A program made the position numbers and the translations under genes. From a virus (lineage: Duplodnaviria > Caudoviricetes), in IMG/VR virus record IMGVR_UViG_3300028797_000121, positions 55,594 to 119,593 of that record: a stretch of DNA of 64,000 bases. One strand, given 5' to 3'. Of the stretch, positions 31,500-41,298 are shown in pieces. Position 1 is the stretch's first letter; every line of letters starts with the position of its first letter. The notes beneath the pieces are model-generated. The model was not told the origin of the DNA, did no database searches, and worked only from the letters and a program-made list of their open reading frames with translations.

Positions 31500-33408
31500 T
31501 ATATGTAGCCTCCTCACTATGAGCTTTTATAAACTCTTTACGAGCAACAACTCCTGTTCCCATTAGGTCATTAAATAATTCATCTGCGGCCTCCGCATCT
31601 TCAACTGTAATTTGTTTAATAATTCTATTGTTAGGGTCAGTTAATGTTTCTTCTGTTTCATCAACAGACATTTCACCTAAACCTTTCATACGATTTACAG
31701 TTATTTTTTTATCACCTATTGTCTTTTTAAACTCTTCTAATTCTTCATCATTTTTAATATATTTATATTCTTTACCTATTGTTACTTTATATAATGGTGG
31801 AACACCTGCATATATATATCCATCTGCAATTAATTGTGGACAGAAGTTCCATATAAAAGTATAAAATAAGTTTTTGATATGGGCGCCATCAACATCCGCA
31901 TCAGATTCAATAATAATCTTTCCATATCTTAAACTACTCTTGTCATAAGTAACGGTCATAGTCTTAGTATCGATATACAATCCAAAGGCATCAATCATTG
32001 TCATAATTTCTGCATTTTTTTGTATCTTATCTAAACTAGCCTTTTGTGTATTAAGTATCTTACCACGAACAGGCATAACAGCTTGGAATTCATTATTTCT
32101 TGCTGATTTTAAGTTTCCACTTGCTGAATCACCCTCTGTGATATAGATTTCACATTTACTTCTATCTTTTGAATAGCAATCAGCTAATTTACTATCAAAT
32201 TTTAATGCTTTTTCTTTTTTCTTATTATTTTCTCTAACTCGTTCACGAGCAGATTTAGCTGCCTCTCTAGCTTTTCGTGCGGCCGCCGCTTTATCAAATA
32301 TTATTTTTATTTCTTTTTCATTATTTGCTAACCAATATTGTAAGTTTGTTGCAATAACAGTAGCAAAATTACTCATATCTAATTTAGTTACAGTTGATTT
32401 AACTTGTGCATCATATGCAACATTAGGGGCTGTAATATTAAATACAATATACATACCCTCTTGTATATCATCACCTGTTAAATTCTCTTCTTTATCTTTT
32501 AGCCATTTTTTATCTTTAAAGAATTTATTAAATTCTCTTGTAATTATAGATTTAACTTGCGTAATATGAGGTCCTTTTTCTGTAAGACCTGTATTAACAT
32601 AAGGAACTAATATAGAAGAATAGTTTGATGTATATGTTAATACCATATCTATTTTTTCTTTACCTTCTTCATATTTTAAATTAAATCTGTTAGCTATAAT
32701 TTCTTTATTTTTTACTGCTTCATCAACTAAATCATTTATACCATTTTGTGAATAATATTGAATTAAAGTTTCACCACCATTAATATTCAAGTTAATAGTC
32801 AATCCAGGACACAAACAAGTGATAGTGTTAAATAAATCTTTAATTTTATTTTCTTCTATTGTTGTATGTGTAAAGAATTGTTCACTTGGAGACCATTTTA
32901 CAATAGTTCCAGATGGGTGAACTAAATTACCAGTTTTTCTTTCTTGAAATACTCCCTCTTTAAAAATAACAGTTTCATATTTGTTATCTCTATATGTCGT
33001 TACTTCTAGTTTATGAGATAAGAAAGTTGTAATTTTAGAACCAATACCAAATGAACCTAGTGATGTTCCTTCATATGTACCATCTTCACGATATTTACCT
33101 GAAGTATTTAATACACTGAATGCGGCCTCTAATACAGATTTACCGTCATCTCGAATTTCATTAGGAATAAAACCTTGACCAAAATCTTCAACTGTAACAG
33201 TAGTATCTTTATCTTTATTAGAAATGGTAATATTGATTTTATCACCATGACCTAGTCTATATTCGTCAACAGCATTAGATACAATCTCTACTAATAATTG
33301 TGTTGAATATGTTGTATCACCTGCATAAACACCCGGTTTAAGACGAGTAAACTCTAGAGGTGATAATGATTCAATACTATCTTTAGTATATAACTTTTTA
33401 TCCGCCAT
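31489..33408 (-). CDS. gyrB: DNA gyrase/topo IIA subunit B
   Basis: NAVDE, EGDSA, PVRGK, DADVDGAHI, KGLGEM. Confidence 0.93.
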   Translation of the reverse strand: MADKKLYTKDSIESLSPLEFTRLKPGVYAGDTTYSTQLLVEIVSNAVDEYRLGHGDKINITISNKDKDTTVTVEDFGQGFIPNEIRDDGKSVLEAAFSVLNTSGKYREDGTYEGTSLGSFGIGSKITTFLSHKLEVTTYRDNKYETVIFKEGVFQERKTGNLVHPSGTIVKWSPSEQFFTHTTIEENKIKDLFNTITCLCPGLTINLNINGGETLIQYYSQNGINDLVDEAVKNKEIIANRFNLKYEEGKEKIDMVLTYTSNYSSILVPYVNTGLTEKGPHITQVKSIITREFNKFFKDKKWLKDKEENLTGDDIQEGMYIVFNITAPNVAYDAQVKSTVTKLDMSNFATVIATNLQYWLANNEKEIKIIFDKAAAARKAREAAKSARERVRENNKKKEKALKFDSKLADCYSKDRSKCEIYITEGDSASGNLKSARNNEFQAVMPVRGKILNTQKASLDKIQKNAEIMTMIDAFGLYIDTKTMTVTYDKSSLRYGKIIIESDADVDGAHIKNLFYTFIWNFCPQLIADGYIYAGVPPLYKVTIGKEYKYIKNDEELEEFKKTIGDKKITVNRMKGLGEMSVDETEETLTDPNNRIIKQITVEDAEAADELFNDLMGTGVVARKEFIKAHSEEATYNAE

Positions 33409-33472
33409 ATTTTCTCCTTTCTAAAAATCATCTAATATAATTATATCAAAATTTTCCTCTAAAATCAAAAAA

Positions 33473-34018
33473 TTACTCTATGGCAAGAGTAATATTATTT
33501 TCTTTTAAAATTTTGGCTAATTTTGTTGCATCTCCGCTTTTTTCCGCAACAGCATAGGCATCCGCAAGTTCATTTCCAATTTCATTATTATGACCCGCAA
33601 TTTTATATACGCCATAGTTGGGGAAATCTACTTTTGTATATTCATATATTTTTTTAACTAAATCTAAGTTTTTAACTTCTTCTTTTGAACTATTTATCCA
33701 ATTATTTTTAGCTCAACTGTATATTCAAGTATTAAACATATTAACGACATAAGCGCTGTCGCTATATATTAATACATCACAATCTTGATATTTTGTAGTG
33801 GCTAATTCTAATGCTTGTATTAGACCTTTTAATTCCATACGATTGTTTGTTGTTTCTTTCTTTTGCATAAGGTGTCCATCCATATAGGTCTCTTCTCCGC
33901 CTGTATAAGCATCGTATATAGTATTAGTTTCTGCGTCATATCTTACACAACTTCAACCGCCGATACCAGGATTGTTATTACAAGCTCCGTCAGTGTATAA
34001 ACGAATAATTTTTCTCAT
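33473..34018 (-). CDS. rnhA: Ribonuclease HI (181 aa); code 4
   Basis: YTDGACNNNPGIGG*, TTNNRMEL, SDSAYV, *IYS*AKNNW, GH...NELAD. TGA at 33953, 33725, 33713. Absent from ORF track. Confidence 0.95.
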
Positions 34019-34044
34019 ATATTATCAACTCCTTAATAAAAAAA

Positions 34045-34506
34045 TTAGTCCTCAGGAACTAATTTCTTTTTTTCTCTGTTTTTATTTATTGTTTCTATAA
34101 AATGTTCATGGTCTTTTCTATAATTTTCCATTGAATAATTAAGATGTTTTTTTATTGCAATTATATCATTTTCTAAATTTTTCTTTCTGTCAAGTAAATC
34201 ATTAAGTTTTGTGCTAACACATTTTACTTCTTTTTTATTTTCACTATAATATTTCATATTTTTAAAATTTAGTAATACATCTTGTAAAGTTTCAATTTTT
34301 ATTTTTAAAATATCAATTTCTGCTTTATAGAATGAAATAACAGCTCTTAGTTCTGCGTAACGACAACCTTCAAATTCAGAAGCAATATCTTTATCATCGG
34401 GGTGAAGACAACTAACACCATCAAATCTTCCTAAATGAGTTGAAATTGAAACACAAGAAACACCATCTTCTTCATCAAAAACAGCACTTTTAATTTTCCA
34501 TTTCAT
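34045..34506 (-). CDS. Hypothetical protein
   Basis: AGGAG RBS; HPDD motif plus coiled coil. Confidence 0.7.
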   Translation of the reverse strand: MKWKIKSAVFDEEDGVSCVSISTHLGRFDGVSCLHPDDKDIASEFEGCRYAELRAVISFYKAEIDILKIKIETLQDVLLNFKNMKYYSENKKEVKCVSTKLNDLLDRKKNLENDIIAIKKHLNYSMENYRKDHEHFIETINKNREKKKLVPED

Positions 34507-34541
34507 AATTTTATTCTCCTATGGTTATTATATTAAAAATT

Positions 34542-35126
34542 TTATTGCTTATCAATACTATCTTGTAAGTTATCACATTCTAATTTTTTTGCTTTAATAT
34601 CCGCAATAATTTCATTAATTTCAACAGGATAATTATTATGTGCATCTAGTCCTACATTATACATATATGGATTATTATTATAAAACTTTTCTTTTTGATG
34701 TGTATGACCAAATAGATTAATTAAATGCATAGCCCACGGTTTTTGGTCATCATAGTTTGCGGTTATCACTGGATAGTGGCATAAAAAGAAATAATTTTTC
34801 TTATATTTTAATTGAGTTGCATAAGTTATTTCAACAACATTAGGGCGTCTTCTATATAATTCTGCTCTTGTCGCTGTATCATGATTACCTAAGATAATAT
34901 GAATATGTCCATTAAGCATACCAACACAATGTAATCCTTTTTCATTATCTACTAGCATCATATCACCTAGATGATATATTTCATCATCTGGTCCTACTAC
35001 AGAATTCCAGTTGCGAATAATTTCCCAATCATGTTGTCCTATTGATGCAAAACCGCGAGGTCCATATAAAAACTTTTTATCATGTCCAAAGTGAGTATCA
35101 CTCGTAAACCAAATTTTCTTTTCCAT
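34542..35126 (-). CDS. Calcineurin-like metallophosphoesterase
   Basis: SDTHFGH, LGD, GNHD, HYP, GHTH. Confidence 0.9.
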   Translation of the reverse strand: MEKKIWFTSDTHFGHDKKFLYGPRGFASIGQHDWEIIRNWNSVVGPDDEIYHLGDMMLVDNEKGLHCVGMLNGHIHIILGNHDTATRAELYRRRPNVVEITYATQLKYKKNYFFLCHYPVITANYDDQKPWAMHLINLFGHTHQKEKFYNNNPYMYNVGLDAHNNYPVEINEIIADIKAKKLECDNLQDSIDKQ

Positions 35127-35127
35127 A

Positions 35128-35379
35128 TTATACCTCATCTGTATTTATAATTACATCTCTGTTTATAGCAATTCTATCTGTCATATCAAAAATATAATGA
35201 ATTTTTTTAATATGGTCTTGCTCTAAACAGTGATATAATTCGTCCCTACCAATACAATGTTCTATTGTATTATCCCAAAAGACTACAATAAATTCTTGTC
35301 CTTCTAATTTTTCCCAACTTTCTTTTGCAACTCCTGATTTTAATTTTTTTAATTTTAAATATCTACATATTGATTTCAT
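35128..35379 (-). CDS. Hypothetical protein
   Basis: Operon-packed. Confidence 0.6.
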   Translation of the reverse strand: MKSICRYLKLKKLKSGVAKESWEKLEGQEFIVVFWDNTIEHCIGRDELYHCLEQDHIKKIHYIFDMTDRIAINRDVIINTDEV

Positions 35380-35392
35380 TAACTTCTCACCT

Positions 35393-35845
35393 CTATTCTA
35401 TTGTCCATATTTCATCAAATCCTTCTTTTTTTGTTGGTGGAGTAAGTATTCTGTACATATCATCTATTACTTTTTCGGGAACTAATGCAAGACCAGTTCT
35501 TTGAGCATTTTGTTTACGAATAATTTCAAGCGGTTTTTTAATATATATTGCAATAATTTTATCTGGCTTTTTTTCCAAATGACTTAATAATTTACTACGT
35601 GAACCTTGATTAAGAGATGTTTGATCAACATAAAAAGTTAAATTAGCTGTGATTGCTGCATTAATTTGAGAAATAAATTCTTTATAAACTTTATCTTCTT
35701 TTATAAAGAAAGTATCTCCGTCTTGAATCATACTTAATCTAATTTTATCTCTTGAAATAACTATTTCATTTGGTTTAATATGTTCTTTAATAAAAGATGA
35801 TTTTCCCGCTCCAGCACATCCTACCATTAAATACATTTTACTCAT
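35393..35845 (-). CDS. Polynucleotide-kinase-like P-loop kinase (AAA_33)
   Basis: GCAGAGKS, SRDKIR, DQT, PP...EGFDEI. Confidence 0.8.
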   Translation of the reverse strand: MSKMYLMVGCAGAGKSSFIKEHIKPNEIVISRDKIRLSMIQDGDTFFIKEDKVYKEFISQINAAITANLTFYVDQTSLNQGSRSKLLSHLEKKPDKIIAIYIKKPLEIIRKQNAQRTGLALVPEKVIDDMYRILTPPTKKEGFDEIWTIE

Positions 35846-36194
35846 TTTTATCACCTTCCTTGATTGGTTTATATCCACAATTATTTGAATTATTACTATT
35901 CCAGCAACGACCATTTATATTGAAACGACAAGCTGTATTAGAACATTGAAGCAAGTTTTTGTTTTCAACTCTTTGTCCGTTTTGAAATCTACCTAATTCA
36001 AATTCTCTTCTAAAATCTTCTTCTGTGTATCCACCTATTTCTCGCACTTCTGCGTGATTTACTTCTTTACCACAATGTAAACAATAAAGTTTCTTTAAAT
36101 GTCCAGGCTCTCTTTGTTGTCCGGCAGGACGCATTATAGGAATACCTTCATTTCCACATTCAGTGCAAAAAAATCTGCTTTGAGATATATTCAT
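35838..36194 (-). CDS. Zinc-finger protein
   Basis: CTEC, CLHC, C-terminal Cys cluster. Confidence 0.7.
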   Translation of the reverse strand: MNISQSRFFCTECGNEGIPIMRPAGQQREPGHLKKLYCLHCGKEVNHAEVREIGGYTEEDFRREFELGRFQNGQRVENKNLLQCSNTACRFNINGRCWNSNNSNNCGYKPIKEGDKNE

Positions 36195-36490
36195 TGTTAT
36201 CACCTTTCTTTCTTACCTCATATATTAATATTATATAATATTTTTAAAATTTTTTCAATTATATAAAAAGGTGCGGGTGGCCGCTACCCAACCTTATTTT
36301 AATATACGCGCGCGTGTGCACGCGTGATTATATAATATTTTTTTATAAAAATCAATAAAAGAAATGCGGCCGCAGGTCCTTCCTGGGGTACACTCATGGT
36401 TAAAGAAATGATTGACCGGCCGCCGCAAGAACTTATTGATTATTTATAAAAAATATTATAAAATATAAATGTAGAAAGGAAATAGTAGAT

Positions 36491-36688
36491 ATGACTAGAG
36501 AAGAGTATTGGAGAGAAAAAAGAGAAGCAGAACATTATATGAAAGCAGAAGAACAAGAAATGAGAAAAGAATTTGAATCTGATGCAACTGATTTATTTTT
36601 AACTCTGTTTGGTGTTTTAATAATGGTTATTATGTTTGTTATCTTTTGTCTTGGAACATACTATTTTGTAAAAATAATAATTGGTTAG
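36491..36688 (+). CDS. Small membrane protein
   Basis: Promoter and RBS; C-terminal TM. Confidence 0.65.
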   Translation: MTREEYWREKREAEHYMKAEEQEMRKEFESDATDLFLTLFGVLIMVIMFVIFCLGTYYFVKIIIG

Positions 36689-36700
36689 TAAAAAGGAGAG

Positions 36701-36985
36701 GTGATAGATATGTTTAGATTTGAAAACCCACTAGACCCAAGTAAAGATGGAGATAATCCATTTTTAGATGGAGTTAGATTTCATATTCGTAATAGTGTTA
36801 GCATTAAAGAAGAATTAATGCCGCACATTGGATATTACATCTATTGTGCAAATGAAAATGATAGTGCTTTAGATATACTAGAAAGAATGTTAGTTGCATA
36901 TAACTATAGAATAGATGAATTAACTGTTGCAGATGAACATGATTTATTGGAGGCAATCCAATCTCATATGAGCTGGATAGGTTAA
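36701..36985 (+). CDS. Hypothetical protein
   Basis: AGGAGAGG RBS. Confidence 0.65.
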   Translation: MIDMFRFENPLDPSKDGDNPFLDGVRFHIRNSVSIKEELMPHIGYYIYCANENDSALDILERMLVAYNYRIDELTVADEHDLLEAIQSHMSWIG

Positions 36986-37064
36986 TGGGTTCAGTTGAAA
37001 GACTGAAAAAATTATAGTATAATGGTAATGTAAAAAAATTAAGAAAAGGAGAAATTTTAAGATT

Positions 37065-37451
37065 ATGGAAAACGAAAAGAAAATGACAAAAAGAGATTAT
37101 TATGAAGAAATTTTAAGTATTTTAACAGAAACAGATTTAACAGATGAAACAAGTGCTTTAGTAGACTTCGTTAGAAATCAAATTGACACTCTTGATAAGA
37201 GAGCTGAAAAAGCAAAAGAAAGAGCTGCTGAAAAGAAGGTTGAAGGAGACGAGTTAAGAGAAACTGTAAAGAATGTTTTAACTAATGATTTCCAAACTGT
37301 AGAAACTATTGTAACTGCTCTTGATAATGAAGAAATTACAAAGGCAAAAGTTATTGCTCGTTTAACACAATTAGTTAACTTAGGTGAAGTTGAAAAAACT
37401 GACATCAAAGATGAAAGTGGAAAAACTAGAAAAGCATATAAATTAGCATAA
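37065..37451 (+). CDS. TKRDY-family wHTH protein, paralog 1
   Basis: MTKRDYY...LVDF...C-terminal winged helix; homologous to 55258, 60761, 63376. Confidence 0.8.
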   Translation: MENEKKMTKRDYYEEILSILTETDLTDETSALVDFVRNQIDTLDKRAEKAKERAAEKKVEGDELRETVKNVLTNDFQTVETIVTALDNEEITKAKVIARLTQLVNLGEVEKTDIKDESGKTRKAYKLA

Positions 37452-37498
37452 TAAATAAAAGTGTTGGAAACAACACTTCTTTTTATAAGAGGTGGATA

Positions 37499-38371
37499 AT
37501 GAAATATTGTATTGATTTTCAGGGAAAACAATTAGATATATTTAATGAAGTTGATGAAATAAATATTGATATTTTAAAAACTAATTTAGAGGATTTAAAA
37601 GAATATTGTGAACTTCATAAAGACCAAAGAATTAATTTATGTATTAACAATTATGATGATGCAATAGATAATAAAAAGTTCTTTGTTCCTTTTGATTTTC
37701 AAAAAGATAATCCTTCATATAATGTAAAGATTAGATTACCTGAATGAGATGAAGCATATTTTAAAGATGTTAAAAAAATATATCCTGAGTGCAAAATATA
37801 TTTTAATTTATATATAAACGATTGGGATTTACTATATGAGTTTTTAGATCGAGGTGTTTCAGATGTTTATATCGTTGAACAATTAGGTTTTGAATTAGAT
37901 AAAGTAGCTCAAGTTGTTCATGATAAAGGTGCTCAAATTAGGGTATATCCTAATGTAGCACAATCACAATATAAAGCATTAGATGATATATTAAAATTCT
38001 GGATCAGACCTGAAGATGTTGAGGACTATGAACCATATATAGATGTTTTTGAATTCTTTGGAGATGCAAATAAACAAAATTTATATTATGATATATATAG
38101 CAAAGATAAAAAGTGGATGGGCGACCTTAAAGAGATTATTATTGATTTAGAAAACTCATTAGATAGCACTTGTTTAGTTCCTAGATTTTGTAAAAAAAGA
38201 ATAACATGCGGCCGTAGCTGTATGAAGGGCGGGAACTGTAGAATGTGTAATCATGTTATTGCGTTAGCTAAATCATTAGGTGAAACCCCACTAAGAATCA
38301 TAAGGGAGGATTTTGAAGATGGCGAGAGGACAGGTAGCGAAAGCGGAAATACAAAAGAAGATATTGAGTAA
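37499..38371 (+). CDS. U32-peptidase-like protein; code 4
   Basis: TGA 37745-37747 joins track ORFs 37499 and 38117 in frame; FWIRPEDV and terminal Cys cluster. Confidence 0.55.
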
Positions 38372-38630
38372 TTTTGAGGGTTCTTTTCTATATAATGATG
38401 GTAAAGAAATAAGAATTCCAATTCAAGAAAATGGAGAACTTATTCAAATTAAAGTTGCTTTAACTGCGGCTAAAGAAAATGTTGAACAAGGTACTGACAA
38501 TGCTGTACCAGGTGCTGCCGCAGAAAAGATAGATTTTGAAAGTGAAACAAAGACAACTAAACCTGTTGTAGAAGCAACCAAAGAAGAAAAGAACAATGTT
38601 AATGATTTACTTAAAGCATTAGGTTTATAA
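38319..38630 (+). CDS. Hypothetical protein
   Basis: GGGAGGA RBS. Confidence 0.7.
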   Translation: MARGQVAKAEIQKKILSNFEGSFLYNDGKEIRIPIQENGELIQIKVALTAAKENVEQGTDNAVPGAAAEKIDFESETKTTKPVVEATKEEKNNVNDLLKALGL

Positions 38631-38698
38631 TAATTGATATAATAAAAAAAATATTGTATAATATTTATGTCAGTATGAAAAAAGAAATAAAAGAAATA

Positions 38699-39170
38699 TT
38701 AGGAGGAAGCGATACGCTCCTAAAGAGTTTATAGGTTTACTTAATATGGATTTTATTTTTTAAGTAATATTTGGCAATATCAATATTGGTTAGGGCTAAA
38801 GAAAATCTTTGTAAGTTTGGTAAAATCTTAACCTAAGTCCTATTTTTAAGGAAACTTACCGAAATATACATTATGGTTAAATTACCTCGGACCTGGTATC
38901 AGGTTCTTTGCTAAAAGTCAGGGTTTAACTGCAGCACAGACTCCTCCGATAAGTAAATGAATAAGTATTAGAGTAGCTCTTTAAGAAAAATAATTTACTT
39001 TATGCAGTAAAGTAATTTGTAAAATGAATTGGAGGTTTCCTAAAGTGTATATGCGGCGATCGTATATAGAAAGGGTCGCCGTTGTATTTTTACTTAATAA
39101 AATACATAAAAAGGGTATTTTTAAATATTCTACTTTACCTACTTTTGAAAAAGTATTAAGGAGGAACTTT
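38699..39170 (+). ncRNA. Putative large structured ncRNA
   Basis: ORF-free about 470 nt behind promoter 38634-38662; several hairpins. Confidence 0.4.
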
Positions 39171-39234
39171 TTTATATATTGATTTTTTATTAAAAATATA
39201 ATATAATTAATATATAAAAAGGAGATGTGATAAT

Positions 39235-39453
39235 ATGAATTCAAAAGAAAATAATACATATTATGTTACTATAATAGAAACTCTTAAAAAAAGGGTTGAA
39301 GTAGAAGCCCCAAGTGAAGATGAGGCTATTTATAAAGTTGAGCATGCTTATAATAAATGCGATATTATTCTTGATGAAAATGATTTTACAGGAGTAAAAT
39401 TTAAAGTTAAGAAAGTCGTTGCCGGCGATACTGAAGAGGACGACGAAGAATAA
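39235..39453 (+). CDS. DpnD/PcfM-like protein
   Basis: VTIIETLKKRVEVEA.SEDEA...IILD.NDF. Confidence 0.7.
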   Translation: MNSKENNTYYVTIIETLKKRVEVEAPSEDEAIYKVEHAYNKCDIILDENDFTGVKFKVKKVVAGDTEEDDEE

Positions 39454-39634
39454 TATTAGGGCGGGACCAGGTACTTAGTAAGAAGGGCTGAATACCGCAA
39501 TATAAATTAGGAAAGTTTCTTACTATACTTACTACTCAAGAGGTAGATAAGTCATATCTATGACTTTTGTCATAAGATTTAGCTCATTGACCAAGTGTTA
39601 AAAGAGCGGCGGATGTGGAAACACATCCTTTAAT

Positions 39635-39710
39635 GCCAACTTAGCTCAATAGGTAGAGCAACTGATTTGTAATCAGTAGGTTGTGGGTTCAATTCCTACA
39701 GTTGGCACCA
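39635..39710 (+). tRNA. tRNA-Thr(TGT)
   Basis: Cloverleaf, ACTGA-TT TGT AA-TCAGT, CCA. Confidence 0.95.
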
Positions 39711-39713
39711 TAT

Positions 39714-39787
39714 GCGGATGTAGTTTAATGGTAGAATTACAGCCTTCCAAGCTGTTTGTAGGGGTTCAATTCCCCTTATCCGCTCCA
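39714..39787 (+). tRNA. tRNA-Gly(TCC)
   Basis: Cloverleaf, U73, CCA. Confidence 0.95.
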
Positions 39788-39795
39788 ATTTGTTT

Positions 39796-40021
39796 AAAAA
39801 TGGCACGCTATTCTAGTTATAAGGCAAATTATTGCTAAGGAAAACTTCTAGAGCGATATTTATTAAGTTTGAAGTGTGTACTAAGTGGTAATCAAGTCAT
39901 ATGCAGGGTAACCGCATATCGAGATTTTAAAACGAAAGTGCAATTTTGGTAACGAAGTGTAATCTTTGGAGAAACTCAACTTGACCTAAGACATAGGATT
40001 ACTTAATAGATTGCCATTTTT
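39796..40021 (+). ncRNA. Putative structured ncRNA (about 225 nt)
   Basis: Closing stem AAAAATGGCA/TGCCATTTTT and inner helices. Confidence 0.5.
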
Positions 40022-40082
40022 TATATATATTGATTTTTTCATAAAATTATTATATAATTATTATATAGGAAGTGATGATTTT

Positions 40083-40463
40083 ATGGGAAAATTTAAGTTT
40101 TTTGCTAAAAATGATTGTTTAACTGAGTATGAATGGGCTTTTGACAGCAACTTTTTACAAAATTTATTTCAAGATAATTATAAACATAAGTATTCATTAT
40201 CAGGTAATGGAATATATAATTTAGTATTTATGGATAATAAAATCTATGATATTGAATTAAAAAAAGCAACTTCATTACTTGCGAATGATGGTAAAAAAGC
40301 ATTTAGAGATGCTACAAAAGATGTTATAGTTGAAATGATAGTAAATAAATTAAAAGAAAATAATGTAGATTGCACTGTTAATAGTGGTAAGTTTATATCA
40401 TTTAAACATTATGATTATATATTTAAGATAGAAATTACAAAAAAGACTTCAATACCAAATTAG
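40083..40463 (+). CDS. Hypothetical protein
   Basis: Promoter and RBS before ATG 40083. Confidence 0.65.
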   Translation: MGKFKFFAKNDCLTEYEWAFDSNFLQNLFQDNYKHKYSLSGNGIYNLVFMDNKIYDIELKKATSLLANDGKKAFRDATKDVIVEMIVNKLKENNVDCTVNSGKFISFKHYDYIFKIEITKKTSIPN

Positions 40464-40543
40464 AATAGATGCCCTCGGAAGTTTTAGGACCGCCCGTGAA
40501 AGCTCAGGAAACCCGCGTGGACCGTGAGAAAGGCAACAATTAT

Positions 40544-40620
40544 GGCTCTATAGCTCAACTGGCTAGAGCGTTCGGTTCATACCCGAAAGGTTCTAGGTTC
40601 AAGTCCTAGTTGAGCCACCA
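40544..40620 (+). tRNA. tRNA-Met(CAT), elongator type
   Basis: TTCGG-TT CAT AC-CCGAA, CCA. Confidence 0.9.
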
Positions 40621-40794
40621 AAATAGGCATAACTAGACATATGGGAGGGGTTATCGATTGGCGGTACTTTATGGGTTCGACTCCCACCTTTCCTATGCCT
40701 AGTTTATATGGAGAGACTGCGGTGGTGATGTTCCAACTCCTTAAAAAGAAACATGAAACCAGCCTCGTGGCAGGTGTATAATAGCCACCTTAAT

Positions 40795-40870
40795 GGGGAG
40801 CTAGCTCAGCTGGGAGAGCACCTCGTTTGCACCGAGGAGGTCAGGGGTTCGATCCCCCTGCTCTCCACCA
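40795..40870 (+). tRNA. tRNA-Ala(TGC)
   Basis: G3-U70, CCA. Confidence 0.95.
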
Positions 40871-40909
40871 TTTTGAAATTTATTGCGTTATGCAAAGAAA
40901 GTAGGACTT

Positions 40910-41113
40910 ATGGAAAAACAAGAACTTTTAGAGCAAGAACAGGAGGCATTCCTGAAATATTGCGATTATATTGCAAATGGTCAGGATATTCTTGCTTCAT
41001 ATTGGTTTAAAAAATTTAAAAAAATAACTAATATGAAAAGACTTGCAGCTGCTTTGACAAAAAGACAGTTAAAAGCGAATGGGATTACAAAGTTAAATAC
41101 TATAAAGATTTAG
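40910..41113 (+). CDS. Hypothetical protein
   Basis: AGGA RBS. Confidence 0.55.
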   Translation: MEKQELLEQEQEAFLKYCDYIANGQDILASYWFKKFKKITNMKRLAAALTKRQLKANGITKLNTIKI

Positions 41114-41158
41114 CGGAACGCGGTTCGTCATATGATTAACCGGCGGCCGCAATTATAT

Positions 41159-41233
41159 TCGGGAGTAGCCAAGCGGTAAGGCACAGGACTTTGACTCCTG
41201 CATTCGCTAGTTCGAATCTAGCCTCCCGAGCCA
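41159..41233 (+). tRNA. tRNA-Gln(TTG)
   Basis: Cloverleaf, CCA. Confidence 0.95.
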
Positions 41234-41298
41234 ATATATATGTAAGCTCTATATTAAGGTTTTTTATTTTTTATTTTATTTTTAGGAGGTTTTTTAAT

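Noticed and set aside
4293-31864. Plus-strand track ORFs in the left arm (e.g. 4293, 5053, 9159, 17106, 24823, 30325, 31628)
   Set aside because: Antisense shadows of well-supported genes, without RBS.
1-34018. TGA-interrupted genes as pseudogenes, or TGA=Gly (code 25)
   Set aside because: No frameshifts or internal TAA/TAG occur, catalytic motifs are intact, and TGA falls at Trp positions.
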